The position numbers were made by a program, and so were the translations under genes. From positions 7,573 to 71,572 of the forward strand of contig CAYYVB010000001.1 in NCBI GenBank assembly GCA_964475035.1: a stretch of DNA of 64,000 nucleotides, written 5' to 3'. The stretch comes from an uncultured Opitutaceae bacterium (GTDB lineage: Bacteria; Verrucomicrobiota; Verrucomicrobiia; Opitutales; Opitutaceae). The first letter of the stretch is position 1, and the number at the start of each line of letters is the position of its first letter. Positions 1 through 9,348 of this stretch are shown here, piece by piece. The notes under the pieces are model-generated. The model was not told the DNA's origin. It saw only the letters and a program-made list of their open reading frames with translations, and made no database searches.

Positions 1-58
1 CCACCGCAATGGGCGAAGCCGACCGACGTCAGGCCTTTTCGCCGCCATTTGCCGTCCT

Positions 59-1099
59 TCACCCCAGTCCCAGTTTTTCCGCGACCCGGTTTTCGTTGAG
101 ATCGTCCGCTTCATCGAAGCAGACCAACCGGACGCCGTGCCGCGCGCAGAGCGACGCCTTCCTCCGGTCGCGCTCCTGCACCGCGGCGAGCGCCTTCGCC
201 CCGCCGAGATAGTCGAAGGCCCGCGAGTGCTGCGCCCCTTGGAACTCAACGCCAAGCCGCCGATCCGGCACCCAGATATCGAGTTCCAGCCCGTCTAGAA
301 AGTCCGGCTTCGCGTGCCGCTCCACCGCGCAGGGGCGAAAGATCGATCGCACGTTCAGAAAGAGCACCGTTTCCCGCTGGAGCCAGGCCTTGAAAGCCGG
401 AAATTCATAGTGTGCCCGCAACCGCGACACGGCGAACTCCCGCACGGTGCGTGTTGCCGCTTCAATTTCCTTCTGCACCTCCTGCGACCGCCGCCACGCC
501 CGTGCATACTCCGGCCCGGACTCCAGCCGCCATCGCGGCGGCTGCGTCGGCGTTCCGTAGATTTCAACACTGAGCCGACGGACCTCCGTCATCAGCGCCT
601 CGAAGTTTGCCGGGAGCAGCTGGCCGTGCCAGGGCGTGGAAACATAGGGCAGGGGATGCGCAATGAACGAGAAGCCCAGTGCATGGAGTTCACGATAGAT
701 GAGCAGCCGGAAGACATTTTCGAAATACGACCGGCTCTGCAGGTTTTCATAAGGCGGCACCGCTCGCCAGCAGCGGTGGCAGATGTTTTCCCGGAACCTC
801 AGCCGCTCCAGAATCCCGTCGTTGTCCGGCTGCTGCGCCCACAACGCATCCGCCACGGCCTCCGGGAACGAGTGGTTGATGACGAAGTCGTAACGCCCCT
901 GCGGACGCAGACCCCGGCGGGCCTCGCGCTCGCTTTTCTCCGCCAACTCGCTTTGCACATAATGGCCGATGGCTTCGCGCGTGCAGGCGCAGAAGCAACC
1001 CATTCCGTCCGGCTTCTCCGCGTAAGCCATGAACACGCCGCCGACCTGGCAGTAGGGCAGCGGCAGCGATGTCCGGACGAGCGAGACCGCCGGTCGCAT
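59..1099 (-). CDS. Cys-motif (putative Zn) + Vsr/DUF559-like PD-(D/E)xK nuclease domain protein, paralog 2
   Basis: Start reassigned to ATG 1099 (TGATG overlap with upstream stop). CFCAC and ICHRC motifs; C-terminal LELDIWVP..LGVEFQGAQH..RDRRK. Confidence 0.7.
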   Translation of the reverse strand: MRPAVSLVRTSLPLPYCQVGGVFMAYAEKPDGMGCFCACTREAIGHYVQSELAEKSEREARRGLRPQGRYDFVINHSFPEAVADALWAQQPDNDGILERLRFRENICHRCWRAVPPYENLQSRSYFENVFRLLIYRELHALGFSFIAHPLPYVSTPWHGQLLPANFEALMTEVRRLSVEIYGTPTQPPRWRLESGPEYARAWRRSQEVQKEIEAATRTVREFAVSRLRAHYEFPAFKAWLQRETVLFLNVRSIFRPCAVERHAKPDFLDGLELDIWVPDRRLGVEFQGAQHSRAFDYLGGAKALAAVQERDRRKASLCARHGVRLVCFDEADDLNENRVAEKLGLG

Positions 1100-2091
1100 C
1101 AGCCCTTGTCCTCCTCGCCCTGCCGACGCGCAACCTCCGCCTGCACGAACTCCTCCGTCAGCGGATCGGCATAGGTGATCGGCACCAGCGTCACGCCTCG
1201 CTTCCCGCACAGCCGGGCCTTCCTCCGGTCGCGCGCAATGAGCTGCGCCAGCGCGTCCTCGCCGCCCCACGCAGCAATCGGATGAAAATGCTGCTGCCCC
1301 TGATATTCGAAGGCGAGGTGGCGCGCCGGCAGGAACACATCGAGTTCCAAACCCTGCAGCCACTCCGGGCGATGGTGTCGCAGCATTTCGTCGGCGGGGA
1401 AAAGCCGGCCCACGATCTTGGCCAGCATGGTCTCGGAAACCCAGCCTTCGCCCACTTTTCGAAACCCGAACTCCTCGCGGGTCAGGTCGGTGAACGCATT
1501 CTGCAATCTTCGCGCCGTCTGCTGGCAGAGCTTGTCGAGCGCGCGCGTGGGTGTCCGGTTCCGCTTGGCCAGTGCCGCTGCGTTGGCATCGACCAATTCC
1601 CGGATCTTCTCCGGACAAACTTCCTCCAGGTAGTCCCAATCCAGCACGCCCAACCGCAAGCGCATCTGGTTCACATACCAGCCATAAGCTTGATCGAACC
1701 TGCCGCCATACATCTCATGGCAGTAGCGCCAGAGTGGAGCCACGAGATTGCATCGATGGCAGAGCTTGGGGCGGAACGACAGGTCCTCGAGCGAATCACC
1801 GCCGCGCGGCGCAGATGCGAGCGCTTCGGGGACATGCCTTTTGCCCAACCATGCTGCACTGCGCGGGTCACGTTTTGCCCGCCGGCGAGTGAGTTCCACC
1901 AGATTCGAAAGCGGGGTCCGCGCGCACTGACAGAAATGCCACGGCCCATCCTTGTCCGCTCCGAACAAGCAAAAGGTGCCGTAGTGCCCCGGATACGCGA
2001 CCCACGGCAGCGGGAGTCCCGCTTCGAAGTTCACGCCACCCAATGAAACCTGAGGCTGCGAACCACGGGAACGACGCTTCGTGGCTTTCAC
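1099..2091 (-). CDS. Cys-motif (putative Zn) + Vsr/DUF559-like nuclease domain protein, paralog 1
   Basis: HFCQC and LCHRC motifs; C-terminal LELDVFLP..LAFEYQGQQH..RDRRK; collinear with the downstream paralog. Confidence 0.75.
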   Translation of the reverse strand: MKATKRRSRGSQPQVSLGGVNFEAGLPLPWVAYPGHYGTFCLFGADKDGPWHFCQCARTPLSNLVELTRRRAKRDPRSAAWLGKRHVPEALASAPRGGDSLEDLSFRPKLCHRCNLVAPLWRYCHEMYGGRFDQAYGWYVNQMRLRLGVLDWDYLEEVCPEKIRELVDANAAALAKRNRTPTRALDKLCQQTARRLQNAFTDLTREEFGFRKVGEGWVSETMLAKIVGRLFPADEMLRHHRPEWLQGLELDVFLPARHLAFEYQGQQHFHPIAAWGGEDALAQLIARDRRKARLCGKRGVTLVPITYADPLTEEFVQAEVARRQGEEDKG

Positions 2092-2100
2092 GGGACGCTC

Positions 2101-3117
2101 CTATAACCCCTGGTGCAGCCGTTCGAGGTCCCGCGCCAACGCCGCCACAAATTCCGTGCCGGTGTCGTTCAGCCCGGCTTGAAATTCCGTTCGCAAACCG
2201 GCCGCATCGATCTCCGGGAGCATTTCCTCGAAACTGCGCCGCAGCTCCGAGGCATAGAGCAGCGGGCTCATCGGCTCACGTGCCCCCACATGCAGCAGCT
2301 TGTCATGCAGGTGGAAAAGCCGCGGCCAGTCGAACCAACGCGGGAATCCCCTGGGCTCATCCCAGCTTCTCAGGAACAGCCATTCTTCCGGCAGCAGCCA
2401 ATAGTGGACGGCCTTGCCGCTCGGTGCGCTGCGCACCAAGCCCGACGCTGCAAACTCCCGCAGCGTATCCTCGACTGTTCTCGGAAAGTAGTATGTCGCC
2501 CGCGCAATCTCCGCCGGGTGGCCTCGCTCATGTGTCAGCAGCCACTGCAAGAATTCACAGCGCGCCTGCACGCCAAAGAGGCTCCGCAATTTCCAGGACA
2601 GCATCGCCGCCGCGCGCGGGTTTGGCGTCCGGCTCATCTCCCGGCGTTCGATCGCACCCCGCAGCAGCCCATGCCGGGCGAACGCCGCATCCGGCTCGCC
2701 CCGCACGGGCATCTCTCCGCCGTTGGGCAACCGGAACAGCGGTTCAGGGGAGGGGGCAATCCGCTCATCTTTGAGCAGCACCTTCCATTTGCTGAGAGTT
2801 GTCCGCTGGCTCAACCAATCCGCAATCGCCCGCAGCACCTGCTCGTCCCCCAGCGGCAGTCGCTTGCGGATGTTGCGCAGTCGTTGGACGTTCACCCACT
2901 GCGCATGGCCCCAAAGCCAATCGAGCATTTCGTCGAACAACCGTGGGTCCGAACGACCATGCGTCGTCGTAACCAGCACCAACGCCTCCAGGTCCACGAT
3001 CCAGTTCGCGTCCTTCTGGGCATGGCCGGCCACGCCCAGCAGGCTCCACTGTCGCCAGACCAGATCGAGCAGCAGTTCCCGCAACCGGGCGTTAAAGCTG
3101 TGCGGCGACTCCGTCAC
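2101..3117 (-). CDS. Hypothetical protein with winged-HTH-like segment, probable partner of the nucleotidyltransferase
   Basis: 338 aa, overlaps upstream gene by 26 bp; HPAEIARATYYFPRTVEDTLREFAASGLV looks like a wHTH. Confidence 0.6.
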   Translation of the reverse strand: MTESPHSFNARLRELLLDLVWRQWSLLGVAGHAQKDANWIVDLEALVLVTTTHGRSDPRLFDEMLDWLWGHAQWVNVQRLRNIRKRLPLGDEQVLRAIADWLSQRTTLSKWKVLLKDERIAPSPEPLFRLPNGGEMPVRGEPDAAFARHGLLRGAIERREMSRTPNPRAAAMLSWKLRSLFGVQARCEFLQWLLTHERGHPAEIARATYYFPRTVEDTLREFAASGLVRSAPSGKAVHYWLLPEEWLFLRSWDEPRGFPRWFDWPRLFHLHDKLLHVGAREPMSPLLYASELRRSFEEMLPEIDAAGLRTEFQAGLNDTGTEFVAALARDLERLHQGL

Positions 3118-3682
3118 GTTTGATCTCCTCCAACAACTGTTTCATCAAATCGCAGAACGCCGGCGACACGTCGTGCGTCATCGCCCACCGCGCCGCCGCC
3201 AACAGTTCCGCGTCGCTCGGCTCCAGCGCCAGCAAATCGGTCAAGTGCCGCGACGGTCCGCGATCCACTGCCGCATACAGCTTGAAGTGAATCTGGTCGA
3301 TCCGACCGATATACCAGGCAGTGATATGGCCGTAGCTCTTCGCTTCCAGCCGGTCCCGAAAACCTTCCGGCATGCCCATCTCGAACAAATCGACCGGCCC
3401 GCTGTTGATCCACGTCTCGGGCAACCCCAAGTCCCGCGCCACGCGTTCCGCCGCCTCGACAAATTCCTTGGGCAGCTCCCGCGCGCTCACGAAGTCGGCG
3501 CCCCGCACCCGCCGCGCCAAGATGTCCACATCCTTGGTCGTCCGCGAAACAAAACCCCGCGCAATGAGGGAAGTGCCACCGCACACAATCAGTTCCTGCG
3601 GCGGCAACCCGGCCAAGCGCAGCCGGTCACCTAGCAAGGTGAGGGCGTCTTCGAGTTGCTGCAGTGGAAATTTGCTAGGCAT
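3092..3682 (-). CDS. Nucleotidyltransferase, DUF6036/AbiEii-like
   Basis: IVCGGTSL...RTTKDVD motif (GG + RxTxDxD of the pol-beta-like type IV TA toxin group). Confidence 0.75.
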   Translation of the reverse strand: MPSKFPLQQLEDALTLLGDRLRLAGLPPQELIVCGGTSLIARGFVSRTTKDVDILARRVRGADFVSARELPKEFVEAAERVARDLGLPETWINSGPVDLFEMGMPEGFRDRLEAKSYGHITAWYIGRIDQIHFKLYAAVDRGPSRHLTDLLALEPSDAELLAAARWAMTHDVSPAFCDLMKQLLEEIKRDGVAAQL

Positions 3683-3866
3683 GACTTAATGCGTGTTTTA
3701 AGTATCCGAAAGATAGCATTGAAAGTCACGGATAATTGTTTGAAATCGAGATTCCTCCAGGAAATAAACGCATTAGCAGTTGAAAACCAACGTAGCTAAT
3801 CACAAATTAACAAACTAGTGCGTTGATTGATTGAATTGTGCGCGAATTCTAGCGATAGGTAGCATT

Positions 3867-4553
3867 ATGGCATTTCGAGCAAACGAGGAAATTACGAACG
3901 GCCGGCGGGCTGCCATGGGCAAACTGCTGGGCCGGAGTATCGATGCAGACAAACTGGAGCACAGCACGATGGTCCTCCAAGAGCTTTTGGACCAACACGG
4001 TCCCGTCGTCCAAGCCTATCCCTCATGGCATCCTTTGGTTTTGGACAACCAAGATCATGACAGCCCTGCAACCGTTCCGGGCGACCGGTGCGGCTACCGT
4101 GGCTTGGATCACACGGTTTTTCTCCGCGGCGGCTTCATTACCTGTCCTTACGACAACGGGGTCGCCATTCTCAAATCCGTCGAGGAACTCTCTGCGCGCG
4201 ATGCGAGCAAGGGCATCGCTTCCATCACGGCCGGGAAAATCGATGCACAGCTCTACCACCCGAATGCCACGCCGGTTCTCGTGACCTGCGAATGGCACCG
4301 GCCCCTCAACCGGGATGGCACGATTCCCACCGCTCTCGCCCTGCCGCTGCTCCTCGAACGCGAGCTTGCGTGCTGGCGCACCGCGCAAGTCGCCGAAACC
4401 TGGAAAACGATGGCCCCTTACATCCTCGGCCGGCCGTGCGGCAGCCGCTCGTCCCTGTTCGTCAACGAGGAAACCGGCCAGGCGCTGAAGACGATCTGGA
4501 ACGCGCTCATCAACACGGGCATGTTCGGCCCGATTCGGGTTGGAACCTGGTAG
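3867..4553 (+). CDS. Hypothetical protein
   Basis: Protein-like 228-aa ORF from ATG 3867 after an AT-rich divergent intergenic region; no recognisable family. Confidence 0.65.
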   Translation: MAFRANEEITNGRRAAMGKLLGRSIDADKLEHSTMVLQELLDQHGPVVQAYPSWHPLVLDNQDHDSPATVPGDRCGYRGLDHTVFLRGGFITCPYDNGVAILKSVEELSARDASKGIASITAGKIDAQLYHPNATPVLVTCEWHRPLNRDGTIPTALALPLLLERELACWRTAQVAETWKTMAPYILGRPCGSRSSLFVNEETGQALKTIWNALINTGMFGPIRVGTW

Positions 4554-4614
4554 GGTAAGGCTCTCCCGTTAAGCGTGACGCGTCCAGCGGTGGACGCAGA
4601 AGGTCCATTCTCTG

Positions 4615-5244
4615 ATGCCCCCGTCGAATCCCGCCCCCTGCTACCTTTGCGGCCGCGCGGAAGCCGACACGCGCGATCATATTCCTCCGCGAAACCTATT
4701 CCTGCCGCCGGTTCCTGACAACCTCTTCACGGTCTCCTGCTGCCGCTCCTGCAATGAGGAGTTCGCCAAGCTCGACGAGCAAATGCGGGTGTTTCTCACC
4801 TACTCGCGGAAAGTCTCCGCCTACGGCAAGCGGGTGTGGAAAAAGAAAGTGGTCGGTTCGACCTTTCTGCGGTCACGCAAACTGCACCAGACCGTCCGCG
4901 ATCATATCGTGACGGACCCCGAGGAGGTGACGGCCGGAACCCGGGAGCAGGATCTGCTTTTCTTCCCGCAAGAGTCCGCCCATCGGTATTTCATCCGCAT
5001 CGTAAAGGGCCTCCTGACTGCGCACCGTGGTCACCAAGATTGGTCCAAGCTCAAATTCGAGGTGAAGCACATCGACGGTAATCGTCAGGTGCGCGAACAC
5101 GTTCGCCAACTCGACTGCATTCAGAAAGGAGCGGCCTTTCGCTGTTACTACGGGGTCACGGATAACGGCCAGACCGGCCTTTGGATCTTGGTGTTTTTCG
5201 ATGGAGAATGGTTCTTGGTGTCGCACGCGCCAATGACTCCGTGA
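4615..5244 (+). CDS. HNH endonuclease domain protein
   Basis: CYLCG...TRDHIPP...CCRSCN zinc/HNH pattern. Confidence 0.7.
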   Translation: MPPSNPAPCYLCGRAEADTRDHIPPRNLFLPPVPDNLFTVSCCRSCNEEFAKLDEQMRVFLTYSRKVSAYGKRVWKKKVVGSTFLRSRKLHQTVRDHIVTDPEEVTAGTREQDLLFFPQESAHRYFIRIVKGLLTAHRGHQDWSKLKFEVKHIDGNRQVREHVRQLDCIQKGAAFRCYYGVTDNGQTGLWILVFFDGEWFLVSHAPMTP

Positions 5245-5304
5245 TGGCCACCGATAAGACAATCTGGCCTGCCTGTGGGTTATCCGGTCGTCGATCGAGA
5301 TGGC

Positions 5305-5940
5305 TCATGCGCTGAGTCCCATTCGAGGCTGCACTGTAGTCGGCTTCACAGTGGCGACCGACGGTGCCTGGAATGGTGCTGCATCCGTAGATTGTGCACC
5401 GGCCTCCGGCCAGGACACGCCGGTGACGCGCGTCGCGGCCCAGCGGGCATTTTCGTTTCGGAGCCTTTGCCAAGCACGGTTGGTGGGACTCCAGTGAAAC
5501 CCACTGGACTTCAGTTTCGCGATCACGTCCGATCCCGGCTTCGCATCGTGGTAAATCCGCACGCAGCAATCTTCGGCGTTGTCCTCCATCCGTCCGCCTG
5601 GGAATTGCACCGTAACCGAGGGCCGTGCACCTTCCTTCGTCAGCGCATCGACCCTCGCCTGCATCCGCCGAATGTTGGCCGCATTGTTCGTGAGTTCGTA
5701 GTTAGCGAATCCAATCCGGCCCGCGAAATCCGGCCGCAGCAATTTTCTCGCGCCGTCTGGCGGGATGCCGCACGCGCTGCCGAGCCGCGCGACCTTCTCG
5801 TCGTCGGCCAGCTTCTGGTCGCGAACGATCTTGTTCGCGGCCCTCATCTTTTCTTGGAGACGCTCGGCCTCCGCGATTCTTGCCTGTAATTGCTCGACGG
5901 CGTGTGCGTCCTCCGCGCGAATGGGTTGGGCGTAGCTCAT
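5305..5940 (-). CDS. Mobile-element protein resembling the C-terminal part of DUF3560-type proteins
   Basis: PDFAGRIGFANYELTNNAANIRR and LKSSGFHWSPTNRAWQR motifs; start ATG 5940. Confidence 0.6.
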   Translation of the reverse strand: MSYAQPIRAEDAHAVEQLQARIAEAERLQEKMRAANKIVRDQKLADDEKVARLGSACGIPPDGARKLLRPDFAGRIGFANYELTNNAANIRRMQARVDALTKEGARPSVTVQFPGGRMEDNAEDCCVRIYHDAKPGSDVIAKLKSSGFHWSPTNRAWQRLRNENARWAATRVTGVSWPEAGAQSTDAAPFQAPSVATVKPTTVQPRMGLSA

Positions 5941-5953
5941 GGTATTCCTTGGT

Positions 5954-6373
5954 TCACGGTGAAATCCTCCCGCCGGTCCGCGGCCACAGGTGCCGCAGCC
6001 GCGTGTCCATTGTCGGGAGATTGGCCAGTTGTCGGCCGGGGCTTTCAAATACGGAGCGTTTCGCTTTCCGCGCCTTCGCCACGAGGTCGTCGCCCTCGCT
6101 TCTGCCCGGAAACGCGATCACGGCCTTCGCGAGATTCACGAGCGTCGTGTTTCTCTCCTCCGGGCTCGCCGGTCCTTCGTGCATGAAATTCGCCGTCACG
6201 CGCCGGACCGCGATGCCGCGCCGCTTCGCCCACGCTTCGACCTGCTCGGAAACGCCGGGCATCCCGTTCGTGTAGATTTCCTTCACGCGCAGCATCGCGA
6301 CCGCGTGTTCGAGAAACCGATAGTCCGCGCGCGTCAGCACGTAGTCCTGTCCGCCGGTAACGATGGCGTTCAT
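5954..6373 (-). CDS. SLOG-superfamily (DUF2493/YspA-like) protein, degenerate
   Basis: AIVTGGQDY...EAWAKRRGI...RN...VIAFPG...LVAKARK pattern; start ATG 6373. Confidence 0.6.
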   Translation of the reverse strand: MNAIVTGGQDYVLTRADYRFLEHAVAMLRVKEIYTNGMPGVSEQVEAWAKRRGIAVRRVTANFMHEGPASPEERNTTLVNLAKAVIAFPGRSEGDDLVAKARKAKRSVFESPGRQLANLPTMDTRLRHLWPRTGGRISP

Positions 6374-6645
6374 GGCGCGAGTCGGGCCATCCGGCGGTGC
6401 ACGATCCGTCGGCGTGCCGAGACCGTTGCGTAGGCCTGTTCGGCCGGCTTCGCTGAGGGTATCTCCACGGCGAGTTTCGTCCGCACCCACGTCCGCGCCG
6501 TTGCCACCTGGGCCAGCGCCGCGCGCACGGCCTCGTGCGCGGGCGTGCCCTTGATACAGGCGAAGTTCGACGCGACCTTCAGCGCGAACTCCGCTTGGCC
6601 CAGGTGGTCGTCGAGGCACTGCCTCGTGGACGGCGGGACCGGCAT
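6370..6645 (-). CDS. Small hypothetical protein
   Basis: Fills the gap between neighbours; ATGA overlap with the downstream gene. Confidence 0.5.
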   Translation of the reverse strand: MPVPPSTRQCLDDHLGQAEFALKVASNFACIKGTPAHEAVRAALAQVATARTWVRTKLAVEIPSAKPAEQAYATVSARRRIVHRRMARLAP

Positions 6646-6646
6646 A

Positions 6647-7096
6647 TCAGGCGGCGACCTTCGGCGCCGCAGCCGGCGGTGGCACCATCGGTGTGGTTGC
6701 CGCCGAGGGATTCGCGAACTCCCTCCGGGCCTGCCGATCCTTCTCACGAAGGGCGGCCTGCACGAACGCCTTGTCCTTGATGTAAGGGCTGACGCCCTCG
6801 AGGTCGCGGTTGATCCGCGCCTTCCCCTCCGGGCTCTGCGCGTCGTAGAACGCCTTCGCCTGCGGGAGCTGCTTCTGGATGAGCCGCATCTCGTTCTCGT
6901 GCTTCTGCACGTCGCGGTAGATGAGCGTCTCGATCGCGCGCTCGGGGTTCTCCCGGACGAGCCGCGTGTAATACACGACGTCGTCGGGATTCGCCTTCTT
7001 GTGCGCCTCGATCTTCTTCTTCACTTCCGGGTTGTCCCGGAAAACGAGCGGCTTGGGTTTCTCTGCTTCGGGTTTTTGTTTTTGGTCGATGGCCAT
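6647..7096 (-). CDS. Hypothetical protein
   Basis: 149 aa, strong GC3 bias, charged helical composition. Confidence 0.7.
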   Translation of the reverse strand: MAIDQKQKPEAEKPKPLVFRDNPEVKKKIEAHKKANPDDVVYYTRLVRENPERAIETLIYRDVQKHENEMRLIQKQLPQAKAFYDAQSPEGKARINRDLEGVSPYIKDKAFVQAALREKDRQARREFANPSAATTPMVPPPAAAPKVAA

Positions 7097-7108
7097 GGTG
7101 GTATCGGG

Positions 7109-7402
7109 TTAGGCAGCCTCTTCGTGATGTGCGGGCTGCGGCGGCACCGGGCGGTTGTCCTGCCCGAAGGAATCCTGGAGCACGGGGTTGAACGGCGGCG
7201 CCTCCGGCCCGGCGACCAGGCGCAAGGCGAGGTCGAACTGGCCGCAGATGTCCGCGCATTCGTGGCGCGCCAGCGCGAAGGCCATGAGGCTCTTGGCCTC
7301 GATCTTCGGGCTGGCCGCCGGGAACCGCCGGTTGAGTTCGTCGGCCGCGGCGAAGAATTCGGCGGCGACGGTCTCCGGCAGTTGGAGCGTGAGCGTGATC
7401 AT
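7109..7402 (-). CDS. Small hypothetical protein
   Basis: 97 aa, in operon, A/C-rich leader. Confidence 0.6.
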   Translation of the reverse strand: MITLTLQLPETVAAEFFAAADELNRRFPAASPKIEAKSLMAFALARHECADICGQFDLALRLVAGPEAPPFNPVLQDSFGQDNRPVPPQPAHHEEAA

Positions 7403-7426
7403 GATGTTGGTGGGTTTGGGTTGTGG

Positions 7427-8119
7427 TTAAGAACCGGCCTGGGACCCCGGAGGGTCGGGTCGGAACGAAGCGGAGGCCGGCCACGGGGCCGGAGGCTTGG
7501 CGGAGGCTCCGGGGCGGCGAAGCGAAGTGACGGGCCCGACTGTCCGGGGCGCGGCCGGACTCTCCGCCGGGGCGACGCGAGCCGGGCCGTGGCTGGGGAC
7601 GGCCCGGCTGGCGTCGCTGGTCGTTGCATCATCGCGGCGGAACCGCAGCCCAAGGGCGACCCGGGTCAGTCTCCGGTCGTGCGCGTCGCCCTCGGCGAGC
7701 ATCTCCACGGACTCGACGCTGACCCCGGGCGTCCGGCCCCAGCGTTCGATGAACGCCAGATAATCAGGCCAGTCGCCGAGCTGCGGTTTCCGCCGAACGA
7801 CCTGTATTCGCACGCTCGGTCCTTCTGGTTTCGAGTCGCACTGCCAGTCCGCCCCGAACTGCTCGGGCAATTTGTTCAACGCCTGCTCCGACCATGCCGG
7901 GATGCTGGTTCGGCTCACCTGCGTTCGCAGCGCATCACGCACCGCATCCTCGTTGCCGCGCAGAGCATCGCGCTCGGCAACAAGTGCTTGCAAGTCATCC
8001 GTCGCAGGCACGGTGAACGGCTGCCAGCGATGGGCCGTGAGCCAAGCGACGCCGCAAAGGCCCGCGCTCAGGATTAGCCCGAGCCAGCCGCGAACGGTGA
8101 TGGTGCGAACGGCAGTCAC
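7427..8119 (-). CDS. Membrane-anchored pilus alignment protein (PilO/GspM-like by position)
   Basis: GTGA overlap with upstream gene; N-terminal TM segment followed by coiled coil. Confidence 0.45.
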   Translation of the reverse strand: MTAVRTITVRGWLGLILSAGLCGVAWLTAHRWQPFTVPATDDLQALVAERDALRGNEDAVRDALRTQVSRTSIPAWSEQALNKLPEQFGADWQCDSKPEGPSVRIQVVRRKPQLGDWPDYLAFIERWGRTPGVSVESVEMLAEGDAHDRRLTRVALGLRFRRDDATTSDASRAVPSHGPARVAPAESPAAPRTVGPVTSLRRPGASAKPPAPWPASASFRPDPPGSQAGS

Positions 8120-9348
8120 GGGCGAAAACTTCCGGTCAGGGAGAAGGAGCCGTCCGGCTGGGTTTGGACTCCGGCTGTCCACGCGGCCCCGTTCGGCGCA
8201 AGGCGTGCGCGCCAGTCATCCAGTAGTGCCGACGGTGTCCCCGGCGCCATCCAGCCATCGAGAGCCAGCGTGCGGCCATCGAGTTGAAGCGAACCCAGCA
8301 CGAGTTGCCGCGGAATCGTGGTCGCGACCTGTCGGAGGAAAGCGCCTACGGGCGCGCCCGGTGCCGAGCCGGCGAGGCGGCTCCGCAGGGCGGCGATCTC
8401 CGCGGCGTTATCGCGCAGATGGGCAATCTCCGCGCGCAACGCGCTCGCTTCGGTCGCGTGCCGTGTCGCATCGGCGTGCTGGACGATACAAGTGTGCGCG
8501 TAGCTGCCGCCGATGCCGACGGCTGCGAGGAGGAACGCCACGCTGGCGGCGAGCGCCAGTCGCTGCGCCGTGACGATGGGCTCGCGGGGCAGCAACTGCG
8601 CGGGATGATACCGCGGCAACGGCGCCGCCCGGCCAAGTGCCTTCGCGAGCGGCAACGTCTCGACGCCAGGGTAGCGGTCCGGCGTGAGCAGTGGATTGAT
8701 CGCCTCGACCTCCCCGTCTCCGCAGACGAGCAGGATGGGCTCGATGGGATCGCGCTCGAGGATTTCGGAGAGCCAGCGGCTGACGGAGGAGAGCGTCTCC
8801 TCGCCGTGCCAGCTTGGGGTGGCTCGTCCGCCTTCGGCCGGTTGGCGGAAGGCGGACGCCCGGTCGGAACAAATCGCGACGACGGTGCAGGCCCCGGAGT
8901 CGGTCCACTCGTTCGGGAGCGCCTGGAGATAGGTGGCGATCGGCCAAGCCGAGTCGAGCGCCAGTCCATGCCGAGCCAGTTCGGTGGCGAGGGCGAGAAG
9001 CCGCGGTTCGGCCTCGTAGTGCAGCACCGTCGCGAATCCCTCGCCAGCAGCGAGGACCGGCTCGTGTCCCCACGTGTGATCGGGTTTGACCAAAGTCGGA
9101 TATTCCCCGGCGAGCGCCTGCGCGACCGTCCGGCGGTCGCCGTTGGGACACGCCACGGCGACCGAGAGGAGCGTATCAGGCTGGTAGATCAGCCGCAGGC
9201 GAACGGGCTTGGGTTCATCCGCGAAATGCGTCACGAGCTGCTCGGCGGCCTGCCGGTCGTCGGCGAACGCCGGCAGCGCATCGCCGCCGGGAATCCACCA
9301 GCGATTACCCCACAGGAGGACGGTGCGCGGTTCAGATCGAGGTGACAT
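8116..9348 (-). CDS. PilM/PilN (GspL)-like protein
   Basis: Cytoplasmic domain, TM segment (LALAASVAFLLAAVGIGG), coiled coil and PilN-like tail (IPRQLVLGSLQLDGRTLALDG). Confidence 0.55.
   Translation of the reverse strand: MSPRSEPRTVLLWGNRWWIPGGDALPAFADDRQAAEQLVTHFADEPKPVRLRLIYQPDTLLSVAVACPNGDRRTVAQALAGEYPTLVKPDHTWGHEPVLAAGEGFATVLHYEAEPRLLALATELARHGLALDSAWPIATYLQALPNEWTDSGACTVVAICSDRASAFRQPAEGGRATPSWHGEETLSSVSRWLSEILERDPIEPILLVCGDGEVEAINPLLTPDRYPGVETLPLAKALGRAAPLPRYHPAQLLPREPIVTAQRLALAASVAFLLAAVGIGGSYAHTCIVQHADATRHATEASALRAEIAHLRDNAAEIAALRSRLAGSAPGAPVGAFLRQVATTIPRQLVLGSLQLDGRTLALDGWMAPGTPSALLDDWRARLAPNGAAWTAGVQTQPDGSFSLTGSFRP

Noticed and set aside
1100-1639. N-terminal extensions in the ORF track (e.g. 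59..1639, 9332..10435, 12744..14579, 20609..21865, 40923..42794)
   Set aside because: They overlap real upstream genes; downstream starts with coupled stops or signal peptides fit better.
3727-3736. CACGGATAAT matching 50621-50630 as a third recombination site
   Set aside because: Only 10 bp, lacking the core and second arm; probably chance.
7427-7560. GC-rich stems here and at 20443-20608 as ssDNA promoters or ssi sites
   Set aside because: Short stems are expected at this GC content, and no -35/-10 elements could be placed.
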